A stretch of DNA of 64,000 nucleotides, taken from a virus. Location of the stretch: positions 4,358 through 68,357 of IMG/VR virus record IMGVR_UViG_3300046477_000387, one strand, 5' to 3'. The translations under genes were made by a program, and so were the position numbers. The notes beneath the pieces were generated by a model. It worked only from the letters and a program-made list of their open reading frames with translations. It did no database searches and was not told the DNA's origin. Positions 18,837 through 29,399 of the stretch are shown here, piece by piece (the stretch's first letter is position 1; the number at the start of each line of letters is the position of its first letter).

Positions 18837-20542
18837 GCGACCGCCTTACCGAGAACGAACACGACCCACGCCGACAGGCCAGCATCATACGCCACGCCGA
18901 GCCAGTCCACGCCCGAGGACGTGAGCGTGCCGAGCGACCCGCCTGGATACTTGGTGCCCGCCGGAAACGACAGCGTGAATGCGCCGCCGTTCGTGACCTT
19001 GAGCAGGATCACTTGCGACGTGTTCGCCGCTGGCGGATTGGTGAAGCTCAGCGTGACAGCGGCGGTCGGCGTGAACGAGTAAGCTTGGGCGGCCGAGCAG
19101 TCGATCGATACGGCGCCCGTCACATTGCCGAGTGCGGTCGAAGCACTGTCCGTCGCTGTGAAGTGCATCTTGCCGGTTGCGGTGTCACCAACCTTGGCGA
19201 GCCTTGTTGAATCAGCAACCGTGATAGGACCGGAGCCGTCAAAGTTCACGCCATTGATTGCGACCGGTGCTGCCAGCTTTGTTGCAGTTCCCGCATTACC
19301 CGACACCGAAGTCTGCAACGGGTGGACGTGATCCGACCGGGCTGCAGTATTCGCCGTGCCTGCTGCCGCCACTCCAGGAGCCTGTCCAGACGAATTGCCC
19401 ACAACGGCCGCGCCCACATCAGCAGCAGTGAGCGTCGGAGTTCCTATCATGCCGTTGATCGACTGGACTGGAGCGGCTGCCGCAGCACGCGCCGCTGTGA
19501 AATACTTGTTCGTCGCGCCTTCGGGCACCGCATCGGTGCTGCCAGGCGAAGGGTTGATCTCGGCGTAGGTCGAACCGCCCCAGCGATAGACGCGCTCCGT
19601 ATCGAGCGCGATGTAGATCGTCTGCGCGGCGCCCGAAGTCGGGAATGCTGCCAAGCTCGCATACTCGACAACGAGGTCCATGTAGCTCGGCAGATAGGCA
19701 GCTGGCACCCTCTGGTCTGCACCAAGCGGTGCCACGCCATTCGCTGCGCCTACAGAAGTTGCAGCGATGAGCGTGTCGTTCGTCAGGTCACTCGTCTTCG
19801 CTGGAATCGCCGGTTTTCCAGTCAGATCGGAATAGCTGCCGCTCATCGCAACCGGCGCGAGCGACGAGGCGTCAGCCTTCAGGGCGAGGTCCGCTACGGT
19901 CGGTGCGCCAACATCTGCAGCCGTCAGCGTCACTGCCGGCTGCGAGTAGCCGTTGACGCTCTGGACAACGCCGGGGACACCTTGGACACCTTGGACGCCC
20001 TGGTCTCCTTGGTCACCCTTTTCGCCCTGGATACCTTGAAGGCCCTGGATACCTTGAATGCCTTGCTCGGTGAGCAGCATCCAATAGCTGTTGTTCGCTC
20101 CGATAGTCGGTGCCTCGCCGGTATTCGGCTGGATCGCGAGATATGAGCCGCCACCAAAGTTGACGGCATCGTTGGTCTGGTAGGCGGCAATGGCCGAATA
20201 CTCACCACGGCCGTTAAAGCCGGCCGTGACAGGTGTCGCCGTCGCGACATAGACCGAGCGCAGTGCCGTCAGCGCGGCGGCGGTCGCCGCCGATACTGAG
20301 AGGGTGTCACCTGCCTGAATATCAATCGGCTTGGGCAATGTCCATTGATCGTTGGCCCGCACGTTGACCTGCACCGAGTTTGTCTGCCCGGAAGCATTGT
20401 TCAGGAAGGATATCGTCGCGGTGACATCGGCGGCCGTGTTGTTGAACAGGACCATACCGTGAATCGCACCTGAAAGCGTGGCAGGGCACTGGTAGACCTG
20501 CGTCGGGGCTGTGCCAATCGGGATGAGGTTGCCATCAAACAT
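18833..20542 (-). CDS. Tail fibre protein with collagen-like segment
   Basis: G-x-Q/K triplets (QGIQGIQGLQGIQGEKGDQGDQG), VQSVNG..VTLTAADVGA fibre motifs. Confidence 0.8.
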   Translation of the reverse strand: MFDGNLIPIGTAPTQVYQCPATLSGAIHGMVLFNNTAADVTATISFLNNASGQTNSVQVNVRANDQWTLPKPIDIQAGDTLSVSAATAAALTALRSVYVATATPVTAGFNGRGEYSAIAAYQTNDAVNFGGGSYLAIQPNTGEAPTIGANNSYWMLLTEQGIQGIQGLQGIQGEKGDQGDQGVQGVQGVPGVVQSVNGYSQPAVTLTAADVGAPTVADLALKADASSLAPVAMSGSYSDLTGKPAIPAKTSDLTNDTLIAATSVGAANGVAPLGADQRVPAAYLPSYMDLVVEYASLAAFPTSGAAQTIYIALDTERVYRWGGSTYAEINPSPGSTDAVPEGATNKYFTAARAAAAAPVQSINGMIGTPTLTAADVGAAVVGNSSGQAPGVAAAGTANTAARSDHVHPLQTSVSGNAGTATKLAAPVAINGVNFDGSGPITVADSTRLAKVGDTATGKMHFTATDSASTALGNVTGAVSIDCSAAQAYSFTPTAAVTLSFTNPPAANTSQVILLKVTNGGAFTLSFPAGTKYPGGSLGTLTSSGVDWLGVAYDAGLSAWVVFVLGKAVA

Positions 20543-20555
20543 CTGGAAGTAGTCC

Positions 20556-22175
20556 TTAGCTGAAAAGCATTGCGGCAACGATCGGGTCCATGATCTTTGC
20601 GATGCTGTTTTGTAGGTCTGTCTGTGTCGCGTAGTCGGCGTCGTTGGCGAATGTCGCTACACCCGGCGGTGTGCCGGCCAGCCCGGCCCACTCCACGTTT
20701 ACGATCGCTTTTGCCTGCGCCGCCCAATACTTGGCCGAGTAGTCGGTGCCATCTACGGTGCCATCAGTCTTTGTCGCCCATGCCTGCGCCAGCGTGCGGC
20801 TGGTTGCGGCGGCGCTTGCGCTCGCGCTCGCGTTGGTCGCATTGGTCGTGGAGGTCGACACACTCGTGGTCATTGACGCGGCACTGTTTGCTGCGGCGGT
20901 TGCAGAGCCGGCGGCCGATGTGGCGCTGTTTGCGGCGCTTGATGCGCTCGTGGCCGCGGCAGACTGACTGCTCGATGCGGCTGTCGCGCTATTCAATGCG
21001 GACTGCGCGCTATTGGTGGCACTCGTCTGGCTGGCCGCGACAGACGCCTGCATGGTCGCTGCTTGCGATGCGCTCGCAGAAGCCGAACTCGCGCTGGTCG
21101 CAGCGTTCGATGCGCTGGTGGCCGCGCTTGACGCGCTGTTTGCCGACGTGGCTGCGCTTGAAGCGGCATTCGATGCGCTCGTGGCGGCAGCAGAGGCGTT
21201 AGAAGTCGAGGTCGTTGCAGAATTCAGCGCGGTTGAGGCACTGGCGCCCGCATTATTTGCGGCATCGGCTGTCGCAGCAGCCTTAACCGTTGCGGTAGCG
21301 GCTGCACTCGCTGCACTCGCCGCACTGGCATCCGCGGCCTGCGCAGATGTAGCGGCAGCAGCAGCGGAGCTCGCCGCATTCGCGGCGCTGGTCGTGGCGT
21401 TGACCGACGCACTAGCGGAGTCGGCGTTCTGATTCTGCCAGGCGCCGTTGTGAAAAATGCGGATTGAGCCTGTCGTGGTGTTTTCGTATTCAGCGCCTTC
21501 GCCGACCGGGTTTCCATTGCCGTCTAACGTCGGGTCGGCTGGCAATGAGCCGAGCCATGCCGCGCGGAAAGAAGCCAGCAATGCCGCGGTCCCTGTTTGT
21601 GCCGTTTGTGCCGCTGTAGCCGATGTTGCAGCGGCTGTGGCACTCCCTGCAGCGGCTGCCGCACTGTTGCTCGCCGCCGTTGCGCTTGCTGTGACCGCGC
21701 CTGCGCTCGCCGCTGCTGCTACCGCCGAATCAGCAGACTGTGCTGCCGACGCTTGTGCCGCGTTGGCTGATGTCTGCGCGCTACTCACGCCACCTTGGAC
21801 CAGATCGGCCTGGGCGCTAAAGCCGCCGGGATTGACCGACCCGATCATGTTCTGAAGACCATACATGGCCTTCGTGAAGATCGCCGCCGTGCCGACGTCG
21901 CCCTGCGAGATGAGCGGGAGGTTGTCCGGGTAGGTGAAATCCGTGACGAACACACATTGCGCCGACTCGCTCGTGATGCCCTGGTATGCGCCGGTGAGCG
22001 CGATGACCGTGTTGGTGCCGTCGAATTCCGAATCGGCCGCCACGGTATAAGGCACAAGCTCGCCCTGCACCATGAAGATCGAGCGCGCGCGGATACGGTA
22101 GGCGACATTGACGCCATACAGCGTCACCGTCTGACTGCCGTTCGTAACCGCACCGACCTGCTTGAGCTGCGCCAT
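20556..22175 (-). CDS. Side tail fibre (Ala/Ser-rich coiled shaft)
   Basis: Long AATSASNA-type repeats; N-terminal VTNGSQTVT baseplate-anchor-like segment. Confidence 0.8.
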   Translation of the reverse strand: MAQLKQVGAVTNGSQTVTLYGVNVAYRIRARSIFMVQGELVPYTVAADSEFDGTNTVIALTGAYQGITSESAQCVFVTDFTYPDNLPLISQGDVGTAAIFTKAMYGLQNMIGSVNPGGFSAQADLVQGGVSSAQTSANAAQASAAQSADSAVAAAASAGAVTASATAASNSAAAAAGSATAAATSATAAQTAQTGTAALLASFRAAWLGSLPADPTLDGNGNPVGEGAEYENTTTGSIRIFHNGAWQNQNADSASASVNATTSAANAASSAAAAATSAQAADASAASAASAAATATVKAAATADAANNAGASASTALNSATTSTSNASAAATSASNAASSAATSANSASSAATSASNAATSASSASASASQAATMQASVAASQTSATNSAQSALNSATAASSSQSAAATSASSAANSATSAAGSATAAANSAASMTTSVSTSTTNATNASASASAAATSRTLAQAWATKTDGTVDGTDYSAKYWAAQAKAIVNVEWAGLAGTPPGVATFANDADYATQTDLQNSIAKIMDPIVAAMLFS

Positions 22176-22207
22176 GTGACCCTGTCCGTGGACTGCTGAT
22201 TCGGGCC

Positions 22208-22236
22208 ATTCTAACAGTCAAAACTGACTGTTGCAA
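22208..22236 (-). promoter_or_regulatory. Sigma70 promoter with operator in the spacer (tail fibre operon)
   Basis: Minus strand TTGCAA-cagtcagttttgactgt(17)-TAGAAT. Confidence 0.75.
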
Positions 22237-22241
22237 CAAAC

Positions 22242-22445
22242 CTAGGGAGCGGCCGTATCGTGTTTTTTATACGTGCTCTTGACGCGCTCGCAATGCTCCA
22301 TCCAGTCGAGCGTCTCGGCCGGCAGGGTGATGCCCGCATCCCGGATCGCCCGGAAGCCCTTCAGGATTGCGTCGATCTGGTCGCCGGTGGGCATGTAGTC
22401 CTTCGCGCGCAGCGGGCGCGGATCAGTGCTGTGATTGATCTTCAT
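22242..22445 (-). CDS. Hypothetical tail protein
   Basis: R...Y...GDQID.I......L......W......VK..Y.K pattern; ATGA overlap with the upstream gene. Confidence 0.6.
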   Translation of the reverse strand: MKINHSTDPRPLRAKDYMPTGDQIDAILKGFRAIRDAGITLPAETLDWMEHCERVKSTYKKHDTAAP

Positions 22446-22831
22446 GTCTGTGTCACCTGAAAAGTCGCGACCTGCATCGGCCAGCATTTGACGGTCACGA
22501 TATAGCTGCCCGGCTGATCAAAATGCAGATCGGCCGTGCCGTCATCGCACGCGTAGTCAGTTCCCGCGATCGTGATCGCGGAGCCCACAGGGACCGCCGT
22601 GAGCGTCATGCCGCTGAGTTGCGTCGGGTTCTGCGGGCGCTCGACCACCTGCCCGTCAAGCACATAGTGGGTGTCGCCTGATGGCGGGCTATCGACCAGC
22701 AGATAACCCAGGCTCTCGATCTTCGCGGTAATGGCGGCATTGTCGTCACTACAAACCGTGTGACCCACAATCTCGCCGCTCGCCCGGTAAAGGAGAAACG
22801 TTTCGTGACTATCCATGATGGTGTCTGCCAT
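22442..22831 (-). CDS. Hypothetical tail protein
   Basis: Start MADTIM 2 nt after the J stop; THYVLDGQVVERP motif. Confidence 0.6.
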   Translation of the reverse strand: MADTIMDSHETFLLYRASGEIVGHTVCSDDNAAITAKIESLGYLLVDSPPSGDTHYVLDGQVVERPQNPTQLSGMTLTAVPVGSAITIAGTDYACDDGTADLHFDQPGSYIVTVKCWPMQVATFQVTQT

Positions 22832-22833
22832 GC

Positions 22834-25800
22834 TTACCTCTTGCAGCCAATAGACATGATCGAGCGCGCGTTCAGGGATGAGCTTGCGCCCGCCGCGCCC
22901 CAGTAGAGCTCCGCCGTGTAGGTGCCGGGTCCAAGCGTTCCGCCCCACGCCAGCGTGAAGGTGTCCTGCCAGTAATAGCCTGACACCCCGTTCTGCGTGA
23001 CGCCGTTCAGCCGCAACTCGGCCGCCCATACCGTGCTGTTGGTATCGAGCGCACCATTACCCTGCGTGGCAAAGATGAGGATCTGTGTCACCGCATTGGC
23101 GTCCGTGACAGAAAACGTCAGGCCGCCACCGTAGTTCAGACTGCCCGAGTAGCTGCCGCCGCTGCGTGAGATATTGTTGCCACCCACGGCGTCACCACGC
23201 GTGGTCGAGGCAGGCACCGTGACCGCATTGCCGCCGATCTTGAACGTGTTCACCTGCGCGTCGCCGATCTTTGCAGTGTTGATCGCGGCATCGCCGATGA
23301 TCGCGCTTGACATAATCGTCTGAACGACGCCATTCACCGTGCCAATCGTGAAGGGATAGCTCTTGGGGGCGCCTGGAATAATGACTGAGAACTTGTTGGC
23401 ATTGACGATGAACTCACTGACGATCCCGCTATTCACCGGGTAGGACGCGAGGCCAAAGCCCGACACGGTGCCGTTGTTGTCGATCTTGACCGTGTATTGC
23501 GCCGACAGCCCGTTCGTGACCGTCTGCTGCGTCTGGATGGCCGCGGTGTTGCTGTTTGCCTGCGAGACGACCGTCGTGATCTGGCTCGACAGCGAACTAT
23601 CGGCAGAAGCGCGGGCGTTCGTCTCGGTAGTCACCGCGGCCAGCGCGTTGCTGGCGCTGGCGCTCACCGTATCGATGCGGCTCGACAGCGCGCTATCTGC
23701 GGACGTGCGCGCGCTGGTCTCGGTCTGGATCGCCGCCAGATTGGAGGCGGTATTGGCCGCCACCGTGCTGATCTGCGTGCTCAGTGAGCCGTCGGCGTTC
23801 ACGCGCGCGGTGGTTTCAGTCTGGATGGCGGCGGCGTTGGTGTCCACCTTCGCACTCACCGTATCCACCCGGCTCGACACCGCACTGGTAGCCGACTGCG
23901 CGATGTTCTGCGTCGTCGTGATGTCGGTGCCGACCTGATCCAAGATATCGGTCTGCACCGAGCTCAGGCGAGCGTTGACGCTTCCGACTATGCTGTCGGG
24001 TCCGTCGATCAGGTTCAGACGGGCCTGCAGCGCGGGCACCAGCAGCGAGTCCGAGAGGACGCCTGCCGCAATCGCATTGACGTCCATGTAGGTCGTGCGG
24101 AAGTGAATCTCCGCCGACGGCAGCAGCTCATCCTCGCCGAATGCGTCATACGCGGCGATGCGCAGGTAATAGTCGGCGTTGAACATCAGGTTTGACAGCA
24201 GGATGGACATATCCGGGCCGTCGAACACCTTGTAGCCGTCCGTCATCGGCACGTTCGGGTCCTGGTCCATCCAGATGATCGCGCCGGCAAAATCGGGATC
24301 ATCGCTGTGCTGATAGGCGACTGTCGCGCGGTCATAGGACGCGTTCACGCCGGCCGCTACCACCTGCGGCGGCGGGTTATACGCATCGAGCGTCGCCCAC
24401 TTGCCCACGTTGCCGAACTTGTCGCGCATTGCGATCTCGAAATGCAGATAGCGGTGCAGCCCGTCGGCGACGTTCTTGTCGTAGGAATAGACGTATGAGT
24501 TGTCGGTCGTGTGCTCGGTGCGCAGCAGGTGCTGCTTGTCCTTGTCGTAGACGCGGATTTCGTAGTCCATGAACTGCGGGTCGAGCGTGCCCTGGTCGGC
24601 ACCATTGGGCTCAGAGCCGAACTCGAACGCGGCGGTCGTCGCGTTGTAGCGCCAGGTGATCTTGCAGTCGCGCCCCGACCAGTAGTAGTCCGCGCCCGAG
24701 ACTTGTCCGACCTCGATGCTGCCGATCTGGCCGACCACCGTGTAGGTGGCGACCGGCGACTGGTCATAGCTCGTGTATTTGCCCCAGATGTCGAACGCGA
24801 CCACGCGCACTGTCAGCACGTCGCCCTTGTTGGCGTTGAGCGTATAGCGGCTTGCAGATTGGACCGTAGCAACCTTCTGGTTCGGCCCGCTGTTGACCTG
24901 CAGGTAGACATCGGCGCCGGCATAGCTGCCGATCATCGGTGCATACCAGTTGACCGCCACATCTGACCGAATCTGCGAGCCCGAAACGTAGGTTTCCTCG
25001 TAGACCGTCAGGTCGCGCACGACGCTGATCGCCGCCTGCTTCGGATCGAGCATGGGCGGCGCAAGCGTGCCGAGCACGCCGTTGTAGCTCGTCAGGTCAT
25101 AGACCTCGGGGCGGTATTCGATTGCCGTCACGAGACGCGTCAGGTCGCTGCTGCCGAGTGTGATCGCCTTCACCCGGTAGGGTTTCTTCACGCGCGTGAT
25201 ATCGCCGAACATGTAGTTCGCGAGCTGCGACGGCGTGTAGGTGAGCGGCGTCGCAAGCGTTATCGTATCGGTCTCGCCCGGCTGGGTCACGACGTCGGCC
25301 TCCTCCACCACGTCGGTGTCGATGAGGCGCGCGCCCCAGCCCTGCGCAATACCGTCCGTGCGATCGACGAACACGCCCGCGTCGGACACGCCGGTGATCG
25401 CCACGTCCGTGCCGTTGTCGCTGATAAGCCGCATGACGCGCGAGGCGGTCGGCATCCCTTCAGCGAAAGCGACGTAGTTGCCGGTGATCGACGCGACCGT
25501 CACGCGGGCGCGCTCAACGAAGTCCTGAAGTGTGAGCAGCTTGTATTGCGTGCCCACTTCCATCGTCACGATCTTGTCGAGCTTGATGGTCGAGCTGGTG
25601 CAGCCGGCGGCAAGCCGGCCGCTCGCGGCCCACGCCGGCATGTCGTGCTGCACGAGCACCACATCGCCCACGGTGCAGCCCAGCGCCTCGAGCGGCGCCT
25701 GGAACTCGACCGTCTGCTGGATGTATTTGTTCAGGTTCAGCGCAAATGCGCCTTCCTTGAACGCCTTCGTGATCTCGTCGACTCCGTAGAGCGTGATGGC

Positions 25801-27978
25801 GCTGACGTTCTGCATCGTGCCGTCCGAGGCAACCGATGCGTCGGCCACCTTGACGGTCTTCTGTTTGTAGTTGTCGTCCTTGTCGTAGAACGTCACGTCG
25901 ATTTCGGTTGCCCGGTCGGCCTTGCCAATCCACGTCTGCTTGAACGTGTCCTGGACGATATTGCCCATGCCGAACATCATGACCGGGTCGGCCGGCGCCT
26001 CGAGCGCGATGAAGAACTTCGTGCCGACGTTGACGGTCTGCGCGTGACCCACCCGCAGCACAAGCTGCGAGGCGTCCCAGAAATTCATCGTCGAGTCGAT
26101 CGGGCCGTTCCAGGTCAGGTCGTTCGCGGTGCAGTAATCTGCCCAGGTGAGGACCGATTGCAGATCAATGCGCGATTCGTTGATGCCGGCGCCATAGCGG
26201 GTGTTGGTCGCCATGTCGAACCAGATCCACGCGGGGTTGCGTGACGGCTCCATCGTCTGCACGGTCTTTGCGCCAGAGCGATAGAGCACGCGCACCATCT
26301 TGCCGCCGTGCCTGAAGGTGACGTTCGGCACACCGGAGAGCTGATCGTCCAGCTTGACCTTGAGTGCCAGCAGTGCCGTGTTGTTGTAGGCCACGCCGCC
26401 GACCGTGATCTCGTTCAGGTCGGTCAGGTAGATATCGCTCGCCGCAGAGTCGGTGACATCGGCAACGAGATTGGTGATGGTGTGCCCGGAGCTGTCCAGC
26501 AGTTGCGCAGAGCCATTGGGGTCTTTGCGAACGCGGATCTCATACCGGCCGTTGGTCAGCTTCGGAGACAGATACGTTCGACGCACCGCGGAGCGGCTGT
26601 TGTCGAGAATCGTCAGCGCCGAGCTCGGGGCATCCTCGAACACCGAGTCCTGAAAGGGCAGGACATCGACGTCCGAAAACACGTCGTCGCGCGAGCGCAT
26701 TGCCTGAGACGGCCAGGAAATCGACGGCTTACCAATCAGGTAGCCGTATTTGCTCATGATCTGGTCAACCGCATATTGCGCGATCGGGTTCTGCGGATTG
26801 ACCGCATCGGTCACCACAATGCCGGTAATCGTCGCAACGTTCTCCTGCCCGAGATCGCCGTTGCTGTAGCCATACGAGTCGCGAACGCTGGGCACGTCAT
26901 GGCTGAGCACGGGTGTGACAGTCACGTAGTGATAGAGCCGCTGGACGGCCTTCAGCGGCGTCCAGGCGCCATCACCGCCAACCATGCGATAGTCAATCAG
27001 CAGGACGATCGTGTTCTGCGTCAGGTTGCCAGTCGTTTTGTCGACGGAGAACAGCCCTGTTGGGCAGTTAAAGTCGAGCCGGAACTGATCGACCACGTCG
27101 GACGTGGTGAGCGTCACATAATCGCTTCCCGTGATGTGCAGGCTCTCACTGATCGGCGTGATGTTCTGGGAGAACCAGTCGATCACGCCCTGCGTCGGAT
27201 AGCCGAGCCGCTCCTGATGCTCGACCTCGGCATAGTCGGCAATCGGCTGGTCATTGATCTTGATGTTGCCGATCGACGCGATCGGACCCTCGCCCGCGTT
27301 GATCAGCATGTAGAGGATCTGGCTGTTTGCGTCCGAGCCATTCACGTCGGTGTAGAGGCCGATCACGTTGCCAGCCAGCTGGAATTCCCCGTAGTTGACG
27401 GGAACAGGCAGACCCTCGGTGCTGGTGTTCTTGGCCCCGTCCGCGCCGTAGCTCGAACTGGACGTCATCCCCGTGTTCAGCGAAGCCGACGCGGTCGGCA
27501 TCGGCAGCAGCGCATTCACAAGCAGAGAGCCTGCGACCATGACCGCAGCGGCGGTCACGGCAGATACGACGGCAAACGTCGTGCTTGCCGCGGCGGCCGC
27601 GCTACCTGCGGCGAGGCCGGTATAGGCCGATGCCGCGGCCCCGCCCGTATAGACCGACGCGACCGCAATCACCACCATGGCGATGGCACGGAGGATCATC
27701 TTCCCGCCACCGCCGCCACCGCCGCGCACGACCGGGCAAAGCACCACGAAGTCGTCCGGGTCCAGGTAGGTCTTGCTGAACTCTTCGGACACAATGATGC
27801 GGCCGTTCTTGGAGACGACGTATTCGTCGCTCATCCCGATCGGCAGATAGTCAATCAGCGTGCGGCCGCGATACCACTTCCACGTCTCGGTGCGGATGTT
27901 CATCAGCGGCTCGAACGGGTTGGTCACCCAGCGCGCGTTGATAGTCTTGCTTTTTTTCTTCGGCTCAGACGTATTCAT
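22834..27978 (-). CDS. Tail tip / host-specificity protein J with N-terminal gpI-like segment
   Basis: ~1714 aa; GLPVPVNYG, EGPI, SRNPAW, GDVV.V, FN3-like repeats, E..AR..AD..L coiled repeats. Confidence 0.9.
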   Translation of the reverse strand: MNTSEPKKKSKTINARWVTNPFEPLMNIRTETWKWYRGRTLIDYLPIGMSDEYVVSKNGRIIVSEEFSKTYLDPDDFVVLCPVVRGGGGGGGKMILRAIAMVVIAVASVYTGGAAASAYTGLAAGSAAAAASTTFAVVSAVTAAAVMVAGSLLVNALLPMPTASASLNTGMTSSSSYGADGAKNTSTEGLPVPVNYGEFQLAGNVIGLYTDVNGSDANSQILYMLINAGEGPIASIGNIKINDQPIADYAEVEHQERLGYPTQGVIDWFSQNITPISESLHITGSDYVTLTTSDVVDQFRLDFNCPTGLFSVDKTTGNLTQNTIVLLIDYRMVGGDGAWTPLKAVQRLYHYVTVTPVLSHDVPSVRDSYGYSNGDLGQENVATITGIVVTDAVNPQNPIAQYAVDQIMSKYGYLIGKPSISWPSQAMRSRDDVFSDVDVLPFQDSVFEDAPSSALTILDNSRSAVRRTYLSPKLTNGRYEIRVRKDPNGSAQLLDSSGHTITNLVADVTDSAASDIYLTDLNEITVGGVAYNNTALLALKVKLDDQLSGVPNVTFRHGGKMVRVLYRSGAKTVQTMEPSRNPAWIWFDMATNTRYGAGINESRIDLQSVLTWADYCTANDLTWNGPIDSTMNFWDASQLVLRVGHAQTVNVGTKFFIALEAPADPVMMFGMGNIVQDTFKQTWIGKADRATEIDVTFYDKDDNYKQKTVKVADASVASDGTMQNVSAITLYGVDEITKAFKEGAFALNLNKYIQQTVEFQAPLEALGCTVGDVVLVQHDMPAWAASGRLAAGCTSSTIKLDKIVTMEVGTQYKLLTLQDFVERARVTVASITGNYVAFAEGMPTASRVMRLISDNGTDVAITGVSDAGVFVDRTDGIAQGWGARLIDTDVVEEADVVTQPGETDTITLATPLTYTPSQLANYMFGDITRVKKPYRVKAITLGSSDLTRLVTAIEYRPEVYDLTSYNGVLGTLAPPMLDPKQAAISVVRDLTVYEETYVSGSQIRSDVAVNWYAPMIGSYAGADVYLQVNSGPNQKVATVQSASRYTLNANKGDVLTVRVVAFDIWGKYTSYDQSPVATYTVVGQIGSIEVGQVSGADYYWSGRDCKITWRYNATTAAFEFGSEPNGADQGTLDPQFMDYEIRVYDKDKQHLLRTEHTTDNSYVYSYDKNVADGLHRYLHFEIAMRDKFGNVGKWATLDAYNPPPQVVAAGVNASYDRATVAYQHSDDPDFAGAIIWMDQDPNVPMTDGYKVFDGPDMSILLSNLMFNADYYLRIAAYDAFGEDELLPSAEIHFRTTYMDVNAIAAGVLSDSLLVPALQARLNLIDGPDSIVGSVNARLSSVQTDILDQVGTDITTTQNIAQSATSAVSSRVDTVSAKVDTNAAAIQTETTARVNADGSLSTQISTVAANTASNLAAIQTETSARTSADSALSSRIDTVSASASNALAAVTTETNARASADSSLSSQITTVVSQANSNTAAIQTQQTVTNGLSAQYTVKIDNNGTVSGFGLASYPVNSGIVSEFIVNANKFSVIIPGAPKSYPFTIGTVNGVVQTIMSSAIIGDAAINTAKIGDAQVNTFKIGGNAVTVPASTTRGDAVGGNNISRSGGSYSGSLNYGGGLTFSVTDANAVTQILIFATQGNGALDTNSTVWAAELRLNGVTQNGVSGYYWQDTFTLAWGGTLGPGTYTAELYWGAAGASSSLNARSIMSIGCKR

Positions 27979-28345
27979 AGAATCCAACAATGCGATGTTT
28001 CCACTGGTCGAGCCGCTCGATCGTCACGCCGCCCGTCCTGTCCCACGCGTGAATCAGGTGCGTGTAACTGATGAGGGCCGCGCAGTGACAGACCGTGCGA
28101 CCGATACGAATGAGCGCGACCGCACCGGGGCGCGGGCCGTCGAGCTGCTTCCAGAACAGGGCCTGCCCGGTCATCATTGCGTGCAGGACATTGGGGTCTT
28201 CCGCGCTCTGAAGGGTGGGCGGCGTGCGCCCGGTATCGCGCTCGACGATGTAGCGCACCAGCCCATAGCAGTCGAAGACGTCAGGTCCGCGGCCGCCGTA
28301 GGCGAATGGGATACCGATCAGTTCGGCGTTGCTGAGATGTGTCAT
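27965..28345 (-). CDS. NlpC/P60 tail tip protein (gpK-like)
   Basis: IGIPFAYGGRGPD.FDCYGLV...H...LIHA. Confidence 0.88.
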   Translation of the reverse strand: MTHLSNAELIGIPFAYGGRGPDVFDCYGLVRYIVERDTGRTPPTLQSAEDPNVLHAMMTGQALFWKQLDGPRPGAVALIRIGRTVCHCAALISYTHLIHAWDRTGGVTIERLDQWKHRIVGFYEYV

Positions 28346-28352
28346 GGCTCGA

Positions 28353-28377
28353 TTATAACAGTCAGTTTTGACTGTTA
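28353..28377 (-). promoter_or_regulatory. Extended -10 promoter overlapped by the operator
   Basis: Minus strand ...aaaactgacTGtTATAATcgagccATG; operator arms extend to 9 bp. Confidence 0.65.
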
Positions 28378-29010
28378 CCTATAGACTGAGTTGGCAGACG
28401 TCAGGCTCGGAAAACCACCGAAATTGACCACGTTGTTGTGCTTGCTGCACCCCATCGCGCCATTGAGCGAGCGGTCGCACGCCGTCAGTTGGCCGGTGTA
28501 GCGGCAGGTATCGAGATCCTTGTAGACCCACTGGCAGAAGTCGCGTCGCTGCGTGCGACGCGGGAACTGGCGCGCGAGCGCGTTCTCGGCGCCCAGCGTG
28601 AAGCTGACCACGTAGTTCGAGGCGTCAGCGTTGAGCACCTCGAAGAACTCCGTGACCTCGGGCGGGCGGTCGAGGGTATCCGAGTTGAATACCGACACCT
28701 TGACGTTAAAGCCCACCCCGCCGCCGTTGTTGTTCAGCTTCTCCAGCAGCGCGCGCGAATAGTCCGTCACCGTCAGGGTGATCTGTGGCATGGCGCCCGA
28801 CTCCTGCTTCAGCTCGATGGAGAACGGCATCTTCAGATACGTCACCCCCTGAAGCACGATGTCCTCGGTGTTGTTCACGAGGTGCATCGTTTCGAGAACC
28901 GCGCCCGTTACCGGATCGGGAATATCGACGTCCAGACAGACCAGATACGGGACACTGCTGCCCAGGCGGTTCTTCTCGACGACGCTTGCGACTGAAATAT
29001 GGTTCGGCAT
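28375..29010 (-). CDS. Minor tail protein L-like
   Basis: C-terminal CQW.Y....C.Y......CD.....C....N..NFGGFP Cys cluster. Confidence 0.85.
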   Translation of the reverse strand: MPNHISVASVVEKNRLGSSVPYLVCLDVDIPDPVTGAVLETMHLVNNTEDIVLQGVTYLKMPFSIELKQESGAMPQITLTVTDYSRALLEKLNNNGGGVGFNVKVSVFNSDTLDRPPEVTEFFEVLNADASNYVVSFTLGAENALARQFPRRTQRRDFCQWVYKDLDTCRYTGQLTACDRSLNGAMGCSKHNNVVNFGGFPSLTSANSVYR

Positions 29011-29399
29011 CAGACCTCCTCAACCTTGAATATGACGTCCCACAAATGAGTGCCACCAGCACCCGAGTATTTCCACGCCAGAGTGGTGTCGGTTGTGAAT
29101 CGCACCAGCAGCCATGACGCGTCGGCGGGGTTCCACCAATAGAACATGTCGGAGCCGCCATGCATCTGATCGAAGAAATCGGACACCTGCTTCTTCTGGT
29201 CGTCGGTGAATGAGGTGTAGCCCGACGAGAAAGTGCGGCGCGGGCGTCGCGTATGCCGCGGGCGCGTCACCACGTAGCCGCCGTCCATCTTCGAGGCGAG
29301 CACCGGGTTCTCCCTCTGCACCGCGTGCTGCGCGGAATCCTGCAGGTCCGGCAGCGGCATCGCGGCGTAATCGGTCGGCGCTGTTGTCACATCACTCAT
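29010..29399 (-). CDS. Distal tail protein (gpM-like)
   Basis: Follows the tape measure gene; F.....GG...F.W.NP pattern. Confidence 0.75.
   Translation of the reverse strand: MSDVTTAPTDYAAMPLPDLQDSAQHAVQRENPVLASKMDGGYVVTRPRHTRRPRRTFSSGYTSFTDDQKKQVSDFFDQMHGGSDMFYWWNPADASWLLVRFTTDTTLAWKYSGAGGTHLWDVIFKVEEV

Noticed and set aside
16941-22175. Diversity-generating retroelement or invertible fibre cassette
   Set aside because: No reverse transcriptase, TR/VR pair, invertase or inverted cassette seen; repeats are ordinary fibre repeats
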